A stretch of 64,000 bases of DNA from Tubiluchus corallicola (Eukaryota; Animalia; Priapulida): assembly GCA_030141605.1 (NCBI GenBank), contig JAQGDQ010000052.1:620001-684000 (forward strand), given 5' to 3'. The translations under genes were made by a program, and so were the position numbers. The stretch's first letter is position 1; the number at the start of each line of letters is the position of its first letter. Shown here piece by piece: positions 49,230-61,515 of the stretch. The notes below the pieces were generated by a model, which saw nothing but the letters and a program-made list of their open reading frames with translations, ran no database searches and was not told the origin of the DNA.

Positions 49230-52200
49230 TGCTGCACATTGTTCCAAGCGAGGAATGGTAATGATTTTCATTGATGCTAACCTTAACTTTATCAGTACGG
49301 AAGATGTATTAATGTTTTTGAAAGTCATCTTCCCAGCAAATATATGTGACTGCATCATATGCTGTGTGAGATGGTGTGGAAATAACTTTCCCAAAATTGG
49401 TTGGAATAATACAACGATCCAGGTAGAAATCTTCCAACAGAAGACGACATTCACTTTTTCACTTCAATCATCGACAATCACTTTTCACACTTGGTTCCAG
49501 GTTAGCATCCTTGGCTTCCTTGTATTTCTACATTTTTCTTCGAAGATTTTCAAAATAATAGCTTGCCTTTTACTACTATGGATTGACCATTCCCATGGGA
49601 GCATAGATTTGACCTACTGAACTTAGAGCAAGCTGGGTATGTAGTTTTGTTTTATACTTGCCAAAATTTGTCAATTTTTATTTCATATTTCATTTCCAGT
49701 GCTCTCTCATCAGGCAACAAATCACAGTCTAATTTAGGTTTTTTACAGCTTTTCCTCTGTGCTATATAAGAACAGTGCCTATTACTCTTCAATCAGTGTT
49801 CATCCACTTATTTACAAAAAAATCCACAGCTGGCTCAAAGTTTACGTAATTGCTGGATGAATTCTCTGGCTTTATCTACTGTATCAACAGACTTGAAGCA
49901 TTGCAGAAATGCAGAAATTGTTAAATGTGATGTTCACTACTTCTTAATTAAAATATCCGGCATTGTCAAGTGCCAACCTCTTAACTGTAAATGAAGTCAT
50001 TCTAAACGTTTGCAAAGGTTGAATCTACCTCTCCATTTGACCACCACAAAAAAACGAAGTAATGTTCAATCAAGCTTTTGGGTGCCACAAACACTTGATT
50101 AAACATTTTGAAAATGTCTGCCATCAAAGCCAGTGGCTTCTGCCTAAAACAAAGCGAAGGCTGATAAACCTGTTCGTGAGATCTTGGCCTTGCAATATAA
50201 CTGAATTAAGTGATTCTCACTTGCAGGTGGCTGCACAATCAAATACTGGTCGTGTTTTTCCAGGCTTATTCTCATTGAATACCGGAAAGTGTGGCAAATA
50301 CCATATCATGAGTCCACTCACCTCATCACATTCTTCATTGACTGCCTCAGCATATTTCTTATGCAATAAATCATCCATGGCATCAACATAATTAGTGTGC
50401 AGCAGAGGATTTTTACCAAATCTTGCTTTAACCCATTCATCTGTTGAAGTGCCTATTGGACAAATCATCATGCATACGTTTCACTGTAATTTACAATTCA
50501 TAATGTCCATCGCAATGCGTTATTGAGTTTTCCCAAATACCAGTAGCTCTCATATAGTCATGTGACATTTATATTTCATCCGGATTAGCTTTGAATATCC
50601 AGAATTTTTCCACTTGTTTATAGAGTAAGCCTTCTTGATTAACTGACTGATTCACATGTAGGTTGTAATTGTGACTCACCACTGTTTGCACTCCCCCTAT
50701 AGGCTCATGTAATGACCTAATCAATCTTGTTTTAGCAATCTGTATTCATTGGCCCACTTTGAACTTCAAGGGAAATAAGTGTGTCTGTAACATCGTGTCT
50801 TATCAATAAGCCGAGCTCTAGATCTTATTTTGTCTTGCAGTCAACCAAGTGCAACTCCAGTCCCTTTAAACTGTCCTAATTTTCACTGTTCCACAAAGTA
50901 GCTAGACCTTGAGCATCTAACATCGATGCTGGTCTAATGAACACACAGAATATTGCATTATATCCTATGACATCAGTGACAGTAAAGCTTGTTCTCAGAG
51001 AATCATACAGCACCTGGGAACAAAATGTATTAATGGAGCAGGGATCTTAAAGTGCTAGCATTGTAACTGGACTTCTTCCCTCAACCTGGACTTGTACAAC
51101 TACCACCGGAAGCACCATCTTTTTGGCTTCTTTACTGTCTATGTTTTTGTCTTTATTTCCGCGTCAACTTGATTAAATTTGTTCTCTTCTCAGAAAACAA
51201 TCCAGCTATTCAAGGCATTCTGCAGCAAACTGGAATGTTTACGCCCACACTCACTGATATCGCATCCACGTTTGCGGCAAAATGCAGCCGTATGACACCT
51301 TTTAATAAGGTAATTGAATCACAATTCAGTGGTAACTTCAGTCTTTCTTCTCCCAAGCCATTAAATTGATTACATTGAGAGGCCAAACAATTATCACGTG
51401 AATTATAAAAAAGGCAAAATTTTTCCAATGACTTCGCTTCATTTTGCATTCTTTAGCAGCCAGATTATGCACACCATTACATGCCCTGTTTGTAGCCTCA
51501 CCAGCATTACCAAGGTTTGGAGTTTTTGCCAAGGTGGCTCTTGGCCGTGTTACCCCGCCTTCCCCTACTTTCACACGTCTCCAAAGTCTAGATGGTTTAC
51601 ATGGTCTGCTTGTAAGGGTTCTTGCTGGTTTAACAATTTTCCTTACAACATCTCTTCAGTTTTTTTAAATCTATATAGCAGTTTTCTGACTATTTGAACA
51701 AGACTGGCTTGAGTATTAATTTCGCATAAATTATTCATAGATGTAAGAGCTTCTAAAAAGCCAAAGATAAGTCTGAAAATTCCCAAAGTTCTTCAAGTTT
51801 ATGGGCTTTAATGAAGTGCCAATCATTAATCTTTTTAGCCATGCCTGCATTACTAGGAATGGACTGCCAAAATGCTCCCTCAGTAACTCTTTAGTCTGTA
51901 TAGATGCTACAGCTGGGTCCATGTAATAACAGCTATCTACTACAATTTATGCCCTTCTAGTGCATCACTGAAGCAGCCTCGGATATCTAGCAGCATCTTC
52001 GTGCATATAGTTCTCAACTCAAGCTTCAAACCTTCTTAAGAATCTCCAAAAATTTAAAACATCCCCGTAAAATATTTCCAATTCAAAAATAGGTAATTGC
52101 GTTGCATTGTACATTCGAAGGTGTTGGCACTGACTTTACATCGTGATGTCCATTACAGAATGTAAGTCATCGCTATTTCTTTGACATTTCGGTGGCAAAA

Positions 52201-53684
52201 ATTTCTGAGCTTGAGCATAAAGCTGAGGGCCTATGTTTATGTTACCATGTTGTATACCTGAAGCGCGAGCAACTTGATTTTGCAGCTCTTTTTGTTGCAA
52301 AATTTTAAGTTGTACCTCCATAAAAATTTGCCACCAGTCGTTTAGAATTTCCAATCCAAACTCACACATTACAGGAGTAGTATGCATCATATTTCTGCCA
52401 TTTGAATTCTGAATACAAACCCACGGTTTGCGAGTGCCATGGAAATGAGTAATTTTTACCTGCAGAGGAAAATTCTCAACTCCATGGATTCCTGTATAGT
52501 ACCTGTAGGGGAAATGTTTGCAAAATGTAAAATACAAGTTTAAACGTCCTTGGTCGCTACTGTCGCACACATGGGCCTCCTCTGCACTAACGAATGCAGT
52601 TTGGTATAGGCGCTAAAACTTGGGTGAAAATTGCCATTGAACGAATCTGGCCATCCTATGTCTGGGACTGCGGATAATTCATCCCTGTTAAATAGCTCAT
52701 CAGTGTTTTCCAAAAAAAACAAAAGTGTCAGCATCCAAAAACACACATTTGTTGAACTGTATTAGTCGTCAAAAGTGCAATTTAGTGAAAGTCACTTTTA
52801 ACTCCGGTCGCCTTAATAACTCCAGTTGTGTACAAATTCAATATAATCAGATATGTTGCATATTAGTTTAAAAAATATGTCAGAAATGTCTGTGGTAATT
52901 ATAGCTACCAAGCTTCTAGCAGTTCCAATTTGCCATAGATGGTATGCCAAAACAAGCGCTCCTATTGGATATTTATCATTAGTCGCCAATGTAATGTCTT
53001 TTAAAGACTGCTTCGGTTCCACTGCTGATGTCATTCCTTGAGCCATGTCAGAACTGTGAATCCATTCAGTATCCTTATTTGGGATGGACTGCACTTCGGT
53101 GGGTTTTTTAACTTTCTCTGAGACTGAACTAACTGGTGCCACATTTTGAGTCACATTCATACTCCAAATGCAGTTGTTTGATCTTCATTGTTTCTAATTT
53201 CAATGTTTTGCTTTTTAATTTTTAATTCATTTAGCCACACCTTAGAAGACGTAATACTCACTGATTGATTACTTAGTTTAGGTTTCTTGTCCGAGGTTCC
53301 TCTTGCGATGCTGTTGTGTGACGACAATTTATCACCCAGGCCTCCATTGGGAACTTTGACCGAGTGTTCCTTTCCATATAGTTTGTCATCTTTTTGGAAC
53401 TCTCTGCTGGAATGTGCTGATTCCGTAACTCCCAGCCTCTTTACTAATCTCGCTTTCAGGCCAGCAGCAGATAAACCTCTATCAATGCTAAATCTGTTTT
53501 AACACCTGAATGGTCTTTTCCTCTAAAATGGTTTCCATAAACAATTCAGTCACTAACCAGGATGCATCAATTATATTGGCTGCTTGTTTGCTGGTTGGCT
53601 TCACTGATTGATTCCAGCATACACGTTGCCGTTGTGGATAGGTTTGAAAACTGGTCAGCGTTTCATATCTGTATTTTCACCAAG
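49230..53684 (-). mobile_element. Degenerate BEL/Pao LTR retrotransposon
   Basis: DUF1759 Gag (LPIFELEIFYGDVLNFWRFLRRFE...LREHFGSP), protease-region VLPVVVVQVQ...LAL*DPCS, RT WYLPHFPVFNENKPGKTRPVFDCAA...LRFRQKPLALMADIFKMFNQV, and a weak C-terminal integrase-tail remnant near 49.3-49.6 kb. Putative LTR end and PBS-like junction ggacaCTTGGTG at about 53684. Confidence 0.88.
52320..52995 (-). pseudogene. GYG1: Intronless glycogenin (GT8) catalytic domain embedded in the BEL gag ORF
   Basis: ITLATNDKYPIGALVLA...RPELKVTFTKLHF*RLIQFNKCVFLDADT...NTDELFNRDELSAVPDIGWPDSFN...DSSDQGRLNLYF...KHFPY...HFHGTRKPW...WWQIF, collinear with animal glycogenin. Contains frameshifts and a stop. Confidence 0.93.
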
Positions 53685-56600
53685 TGTCCGAAAGAAGCAT
53701 ATTAAACTGTTGCATCTATAAACTAACATAAATAAAAACTCTTAAATTGACTTTTAACGTTTAATATGTGATTTCTCTCCAACGTATATGTGACGGTTTG
53801 TGGGAATAAACTAATATATTATAATTGATCTAGGGTAATTTAGTATCAAAGTCTCAAATTTAAATTTACTTACATGTCAGGGTAATTATTTCTACTAATT
53901 TCATCACCAAGCGTTTGGGTTCATGTTGGGGCAATTCTCCTATAGGACTCGATTATTTTAGTAAATATAATCATTGAGTTGTTAATCGTAAAATGTTTTC
54001 ACAAACTTTGAAATAGAACTAATAAACACCTGGACACACAAATTATACAGTATATTGTTGAACGAGAACAAGGCAAAGAACAATTGTACTTATGGGAGAA
54101 AATAATACCTACTGGGCCCAGATTTAACAAGTAGCAAGGAGTATACTCATGTTTATACGTAGTTCCTGATGGCCGGCTCTTCCAGGATGCACCAAGGACG
54201 GTTCACAGTCCCAAATCCACGAACCTCTACTGGAATAAGTAGGATTCTCCACTATGTTGCCGATCTATGAGTTCTGACGCTCCACAAGGAGTTTAACCTG
54301 GAATCGTAGTCGTATCTCTGCGTCTCCTCTACCGCCGAATAGCGTAACCAGGAGGTTGCGGACTCCACCACTATGTAAACACTCCACCAATGTTCCGAAA
54401 GTTTCAGAATCTCTCACAGGGTGGGTTATCCAAGAGCTCCTCTAAGTGAAGAAGTATGACGAGGTAATTACCTCACTCCTGAGTCGTGCTGGTGCTATGC
54501 AAAGGTTGTCGATACAACATTGTGAATTTAACTATTGTCTCTCACAAAACATCACCTCGTCATTGAGGCCAAAATAAAACTCATAGACAAAACGTGTCTC
54601 AAACATATGACGAACAGAAGAAAGGTACCAACTATGTCGAGCAGGTAAAAACGGCCTGGATAGACATCCGTTCAACACAAAATTCGGTACCTGAATGAAG
54701 TCGGCAAACATTAGCCTAGATAGAATGACCTTGTATATAATGCATAATATCCAATGGCTTCTATACTGTTCAAAATCTTATAGTGATGAATGGCCCTGTA
54801 TATCGGCCAGTTAGCTAGCGGTCATGCATCGCATGGCCGTGGCAGTATATTTTATAGATCTATCATTGCTCAGCATCTGGTATTAACTGCCTACCTATTG
54901 CTTAGTTAAATTTAGTTTAACTATTTCGGGCATGTGGCACCACAGTACTGTAGTGTTTAATTGTGATAAAATTAATAAAGTCAAAATCCTCAACACAGGG
55001 GTACAAACTGTAATACAATTTTGATTTTCCAGTACAATATGGTTTCAAGTACCCTCAACCAAAAATCGACCAAAATCGGAATTGGTACTTTTGAGGTAAC
55101 GTACCTAAGTTACTCCTAAACAATCAAGCCTAGATAAGAAATATGTATTACTGACCGAACAAAAGGGACAAGACAGGATTCCAAAAAATGGTCATTTTTC
55201 ATCTATGATATCATAATAAATAATATTGCTACAGCACTGTGTGCCAGTCAAGGTGGTGACCAACTTCATCAATGTAGTGGTTGACTATTAATTGAACATG
55301 ACTCTGACCTGTTGTCCTTATGTTCACCTCTACTATCAAGAACTTTTTATCGATCTCTATTTAGCAGACAATGTTGAGACCTTCGCGCCAAAAGATTGCC
55401 ATGGTCAACTACCAATAGAACTTTGCAGAACTCTCTCCTCTGCTGGATTGGGATCCTGAGAATATGGATGCAGTCTGTGGTGGAATGTCATGGAGTAAAT
55501 CCAGCTTGTTTAGATACAGTAATCAGGTACGAGATTAGATGAGATGAGTATGAGAACCTTTGTTTTTTTCAAAAATGAGGAGGTGAAGCCATATTTCCAG
55601 TTGATAAAAATATGCAGAGTGAGAAGACCATATCAATCTGCAGAAGAATAAATCAACTGGACACTGGAATACATCTTATAATATCAAACAGTCAATAACT
55701 CCAAAGACAGTCAATATCAGTTAAAAGCAGACTTCATATGTAACATATGATCAGTGTTGAGATTGTCCTCTCCAATCATTTGGTTTAAGTCGCATTCATT
55801 GCTCAATATTGAGCCCGTACAAATGATGACTGGAGTATTTAGTTGCAATGCTAAAATAGAGACTTGCACTGAAATGACGCCTGCGTGTGGCTTTTCGGAC
55901 TTTTTTGTTTACTTATAGATGATGCAAGTCTTCCTTCCGACTGCTACAAAGACACGTAACGCCCTTTTTCTGCCTCAGCTAATTGTTGCTAATTCGCATT
56001 AGGTTCTACAAAAAATAGCCCAGTGTCATCTAGCTTATTGAAAGTTACAGCTAGCTTCCAGATAGTGCCAAACAGATGTGATACCTAATCACAACAAATA
56101 ATTGCTTGAATGAACAGTATCGGATCAGCCACCCTGTCACCCAAGTGTCCTCTAATATTAAAATGTCCCATTGAATCTTTGCACAGCAGAATATAATTGT
56201 GTCTGCAGAGATATATCATACACCAACTCGTCCCACCTGCTCGAATGTGATCAACTGTACTGTCAAGTCAGTGGAAATAATGTGAATGAAAATGAATGGA
56301 TATCAATATGTAAGTGACATTGAAAGTCATTGTAATTGATATTTATTAAGTACTGATATAAAAAAGTTCCAGTTCCCATTTTCGACAACAACAAATCAGT
56401 GATATTCTTAAATACATCATAATAGTATTGAAGTCACAATGACATCATAGGTGAAAAATGACAACATTTTTGGAATCCTCTGGTGCATTTTCCTATCAAT
56501 CAGTAATACATAATTTTCACCTGAGCTCAGTGGTTTAATCGTTTAAGAGATATAACAGATTTTTAGCTCCTTCAGGAATCGTCTTGAATTTATGCATATA

Positions 56601-57499
56601 TCTCAAAAGTACCAAACTCAATTTTGGCTGATTTTTATTGATGGTACTAAAGCCACATTCTTATAGAATCCATTGAGAAATATTCTGTTACAATTTGTTC
56701 TAGAGTACTTGTTATCTGCCTATTAGAAGAAATCAACGAAGAATGTGTCCAAGTGTCTGGCGCGCAAACTGCTGTGACCAAGTTGCCTGTTCCTTAGCTA
56801 ACATCTCTTCGCTGATCATAAATTTCCTTGCAACAATGGATATGCCGAGAACTATGCCAGTATGGCATATCTTGAAGCAAAGTGTTTTTTACCCAATTAG
56901 TATCGTAAGCATTCAACCAAACAATTGTCATTCAAAGTCTACAGTACAGCTTGTGTACAACTAGCCATGTAATTAGCTGAATTAGGCTTCCTTTGTGTGC
57001 GTGTGTATAATAACTTTTCTGTGCCAAAGTCTAGCTAGATAGCCAGATGTCACATAGCGCTGACAATTGCTATGTTTCTCCCTTGATCCATTCATTATTG
57101 AGGATGACCATGAGGACGATAATTTAGTATGACTAAAGTCTATCCGTATTGCACTTAATGTATAACGTATTGGTGTGCGTGCGTGCAACCGTGACCGTGT
57201 CTTGTGTTGTTAACAAGCTCTGCAGATTTTGCTAATTTTATAAAGTAATTTTATGTTTAACATGATAAAAGTGATACCATTTTGTGTGTAAATATCTACA
57301 GAAGAAGAAGGTAATAAACGTTTGCACTTATACAGTTGGATTTAGATATTAAAAGTGAAAAATTGTTGAAATTCTTCAAGTTCTATTGCAAATCGACAAT
57401 TCATGGTCACCGTACCTAGTTGAGGCTATTGTGTCATTGATTAGACCTTAATTGGTCTATTCACCTGTCAACAAGAACATTCAGGTAGATAGCAACGCA

Positions 57500-60400
57500 A
57501 ACTGGTCCTACAATGGGAGAAAGGAAAAGCTGCGCTCTATGTAGATATGAGGATACATATATTTGGATACGTTGCATGCTGCAGATGAGTGAGAACATTT
57601 CTTTTATTGTTTTTACAAAGTACTTTTGCTAATTTTTGCTTTTGAAAACTTTGAAGGTATAATAGACTGGTTACCATTTGCAACGTATTTCCCATATACC
57701 TGCATATACTAAGGTCACGCTGAAATAATATAGAAATAGACTGGTTCACTTCCCCTATTTCTGATACCTGCATTATTTGTTGAATATGTCTGACAAACCG
57801 AAGAGTATCGATGAGCTGTGTGCATGTGACCGTAAGAAGCTGAAAGCCATTACGAAGGACGATATGATAGAAATCATACTGGCTGCCCCCCCTTCGGCCG
57901 CTTCTGGTGGTGCCGATTCAGCTGTGTTGAAACGCCTGGATGAACTATCTAATAATATTAACACTAAATTTCAAAATCTGGAGGAAAAATTGTCCCAAAA
58001 GATTGAAGACAAACATTCTGAATTAAAGACTGAAGTGAATGTCTTGCGTCAAGTTGTTAAAAATCAACAACGGTTTTTGGAGCAGGTTGACGGTCGTCTC
58101 CGAAACCAGAACTTAATTATGATGGGCTTAAGTGAAAATGAGGATATCGATGGTGCTAATTCCGACGATGATAAGATAAGGAAAATTCTTGATGTAGTGG
58201 ATGTGGAAGCTGCTGTCGTCTCATACAAGAGACTCGGTACAGCTACGAATGGCCGTGATCGTCCTGTGTTGGTCATTGTTGAAAATCATGACCAAAGGGA
58301 CAATGTCGTGAAGAATGCTAATAAGCTTCAATCGTCTGCCAATGCTGCTGTGAAAAAAGTCAGAGTGAAGCGAGACACCCACCCTGCAGTTCGTGCCGAA
58401 TGGAAGCGGCTATTTGACGCTGAGAAGTGCGAACGTGACAAACCTGAAAACCGGGGATGCCATATTGAGTTTGACAAGAAAAAGCGTAAGATCACCCGGG
58501 ACGGTGTTGTTATTGATAGTTGGCAACCAATGTCTTTTTTGTAAACAATCGAGATAGTTGCACTGAACTCCGTATTACACATTGGAACATTAATGCTGTG
58601 AAAAATAAACTGGAGATCGACTTTGTTCGCCAAAGTTTATGTAAATCTGATATGATATTCTTAAATGAAATCAAAACTCCGTTGAAGTTCACAATGCCTG
58701 GGTATAAAACTCTCCGAACTAATCAAGCAGCTGGTCACCGTGGTGGTTGTGCTATACTGATTTCAAATGTGCTAGCCTCTTCGATTCAATCGGTCGAATT
58801 TGGTTCCGATGTTATTGTGCTACGCCTCAATAATATACCTGCTATTGTTTTTGTATGTGTTTATCTCACGCCATCTGACTCTCATTACCACTCACTTGAA
58901 TGCTTAGCAAAAATCAACGAAGTTATGATGTCCAACCCTCATGATCAATTTGTGATACTTGGTGATTTGAATGCCCGTTACGGGCCTGCTATTAACAAAT
59001 TTTTACGTAATGTTAGTGACAGTGGTGCATGATATCTTGCTTCCGAGGATTCGATTGGATCCCCGAATGAAAATGCCAAAGTTGTTTATAATTCTTTTAA
59101 CTCTTTAATCGTTGTAAATAACATTCAGTATAAAGGCAGAACATTTAAAAGTAATCTAACGTATAGAAAACGTGAGAATTGGATTTCTGAATTAGACTAT
59201 TGTCTTATTTCTCCTGCACTAATCGATAGTGTTGTCAATTTCACTGTCAATCAAGACTTATGATTACCTTCGAATCATGCCCCTCTGTCTGTGATTTTTG
59301 ATATCAACATGTTATCTCGTGGACCCTTACCTCACAATCTTCTTATCAGATCCGAAGCCTTAGGTGCTCATGCAGCTGAAGTTAAAACTCCAAACCGCAA
59401 ACATTGTAGCCGTCAGATCCGTATTGCTGAAACAGACTGTGTCGAATTTCAGAGAGTGATGTCTTCAGTTGAACCTCCTGATGATGTGGATGATGTAAAT
59501 AGTTGTGTTACTGATATTAATAATGTTTTCCGTGACAAACTGATTAGATGTAAAGCTCCGAATCGTCTCATCAATCGTTATCAGCCGACGGATCGTTGGC
59601 GCCGTATGCTCGAGCTCAATGATTCTAAGGAAATATGGAATGCCACAGACTGGAAAGGAAACACGATTGAATCTGAATCCTTTGAATCTCCAACTAGCGA
59701 AGAATTCAAACGTCATTTCGAGGATCTTCTCAACCCAGATCGTGATGGTCCAGAGGACTTATTATCACTGTGCGATGGTCCAAGTATCCTGTGTTTTGTT
59801 CTGAATTTCATATTCTTTTCGCGATCTTTCCCAATTCCGTGGTGCTTTAGCCGCCTTGTTACTATTTTTAAGAGAGGATCTCGTAAGGACTGCGATAATT
59901 ACCGCGGTTTGTCAATCATGGATTCCCTTGCGAAAATATACGATCGAATTTTGTGCAAACGTTGAGAGATGTGGTTCAAACCCGATAGGGAGCAGGCTGG
60001 CGCCCAAAAGGGTAGATCCTGCATTGAGTGGATTGTGACTCTAAGACTATTAATGGACTATGTACTGTTTAAAAAGAGGAAATTATATATCGTTTTCGTA
60101 GACTTCTCGAAAGCTTACGATAGAGTTCCACGTTCTGGTTTGATTAGGGCCTTGAGAGCTCTTGGCTGTGGTCTTGTGATGCTTTCTGCTCTTGCTGCCA
60201 TGTATGTGAATACGCAGCTGGTCCTTGGTGCTGCCGTTATTGGTGTTACATTAGGTGTGAAGCAGGGTTCTCCGTCATCCTGTTTCCTCTTCACACTGTA
60301 TATTAACCCTCTTATTCGTGAATTAAAGTCTAGATGTGGTCTCGATGGTTTCCTAGGAAATTTACACTGTTTGATGTTGATGGATGATACAATCTTATTG

Positions 60401-60860
60401 TCAACATCTAGAGAAGGTATTATTCAAAAACTCAGTATCCTTATTGAGTTCTGTGATCAATCCGGTATGAAGGTGAACTTAAAAAAGACTAAATTTATGG
60501 TTATTAATGGCGATGCTGTTGATCGTCTGGACCTCGTAGTGAACCCCCTTACTGTTAATCACTGTGACTATTACGTTTACCTCGGTGCTGTCTTTAGCTC
60601 AATAGGAAAATTTAAACCCGCTCTGGAAAAACACTGCGAAGACAAATATTGTCACGTACTGAAGTTCGTGTCATTTATTTCTAAGAATTCAGCTTATCCT
60701 TTTGCAGTTAAGAAGTTAGTTTTAAATGCCGCGCTACTTGCTGCAATTACTTACGGATGTGAGTCTTGGCTATGCAATGTCCTTAATCCTATTCAAGGGA
60801 TGTATATTAGTGTTATTAAATGTTTACTCGGTGTGCGACGTACAACTGCTATAATAGGTA
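57500..60860 (+). mobile_element. Near-full-length LINE: ORF1 plus disrupted APE-RT ORF2, 3'-truncated
   Basis: ORF1 57777-58544 (coiled coil, RNQNLIMMGLSE, RLG...RPVLV). APE domain (HWNINAV, FLNEIK, ILGDLNAR, SELDYCL, SNHAPL). RT (NYRGLSI, EQAGAQKGRSC, FVDFSKAYDRV, GVKQGSPSS, LMDD). Stop at about 59030, frameshift at about 59966. 5' boundary approximate. Confidence 0.9.
57777..58544 (+). CDS. LINE ORF1 nucleic-acid-binding protein (intact frame)
   Basis: 255-aa ORF with a coiled coil and RRM-like motifs, overlapping the ORF2 start. Confidence 0.8.
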   Translation: MLNMSDKPKSIDELCACDRKKLKAITKDDMIEIILAAPPSAASGGADSAVLKRLDELSNNINTKFQNLEEKLSQKIEDKHSELKTEVNVLRQVVKNQQRFLEQVDGRLRNQNLIMMGLSENEDIDGANSDDDKIRKILDVVDVEAAVVSYKRLGTATNGRDRPVLVIVENHDQRDNVVKNANKLQSSANAAVKKVRVKRDTHPAVRAEWKRLFDAEKCERDKPENRGCHIEFDKKKRKITRDGVVIDSWQPMSFL

Positions 60861-61515
60861 AAATGTTGATTGCCAACGCAATTTTATATTTTCTTTGCTG
60901 ATTAAAGAATTATCTACACCTATCTGATGGTTTAACTCAGGGACGTTAAACGAATTTACTCAAATGTAACTTAACTATATACGATGTGATACAATTTCCA
61001 ACAGACTCCTTTATACACTTTGGTACTGATGCGCGGATATTAACTACACTGTACTGTATATTTAATGTAACTTTCCCGGTCATGTGCACCTCGTATAGAT
61101 AAATGTTTTTACTGTAGTAATATGTTTATCGATCGCAGCTTAGTTATTTATGAATCATTATGATAAACAAATTTGTGTTCCGTAACTAGCAGCCATCTAT
61201 GTATACAGTACTGAATGCACTGAATCACTTAATAATTTTAATTCTTAAGGATACTTTTTCTTTTATTGCATAAATTGTGTATGTCCAGTGTCGTTTTTGT
61301 GAATCAAAATAATTTATCGTATTGTATTGTGTCGTCTGTTGGAAATTGTATCACATCGTATAGTTGTCATATCAGTAAATTCGTTTAACGTCCCTGAGTT
61401 AAACCATCAGATAGGTGTAGATAATTCTTTAATCAGCAAAGAAAATATAAAATTGGTGTTGAAAATCAACATTTTACCTATTAATATTTGACAGTATTCC
61501 ATTTGTTTAATTCAG

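Noticed and set aside
48900-49240. 3' LTR of the glycogenin-bearing BEL element
   Set aside because: Similarity to the sequence beyond 53684 is too weak to call an LTR pair by eye.
52136-53160. The host's functional glycogenin gene
   Set aside because: Intronless, frameshifted, has an internal stop, lacks the C-terminal tail and is embedded in BEL gag.
53789-54996. Possible solo LTR (TGTGACGG...CAACACA)
   Set aside because: Only weak TG..CA ends, no TSD and no second copy in the window.
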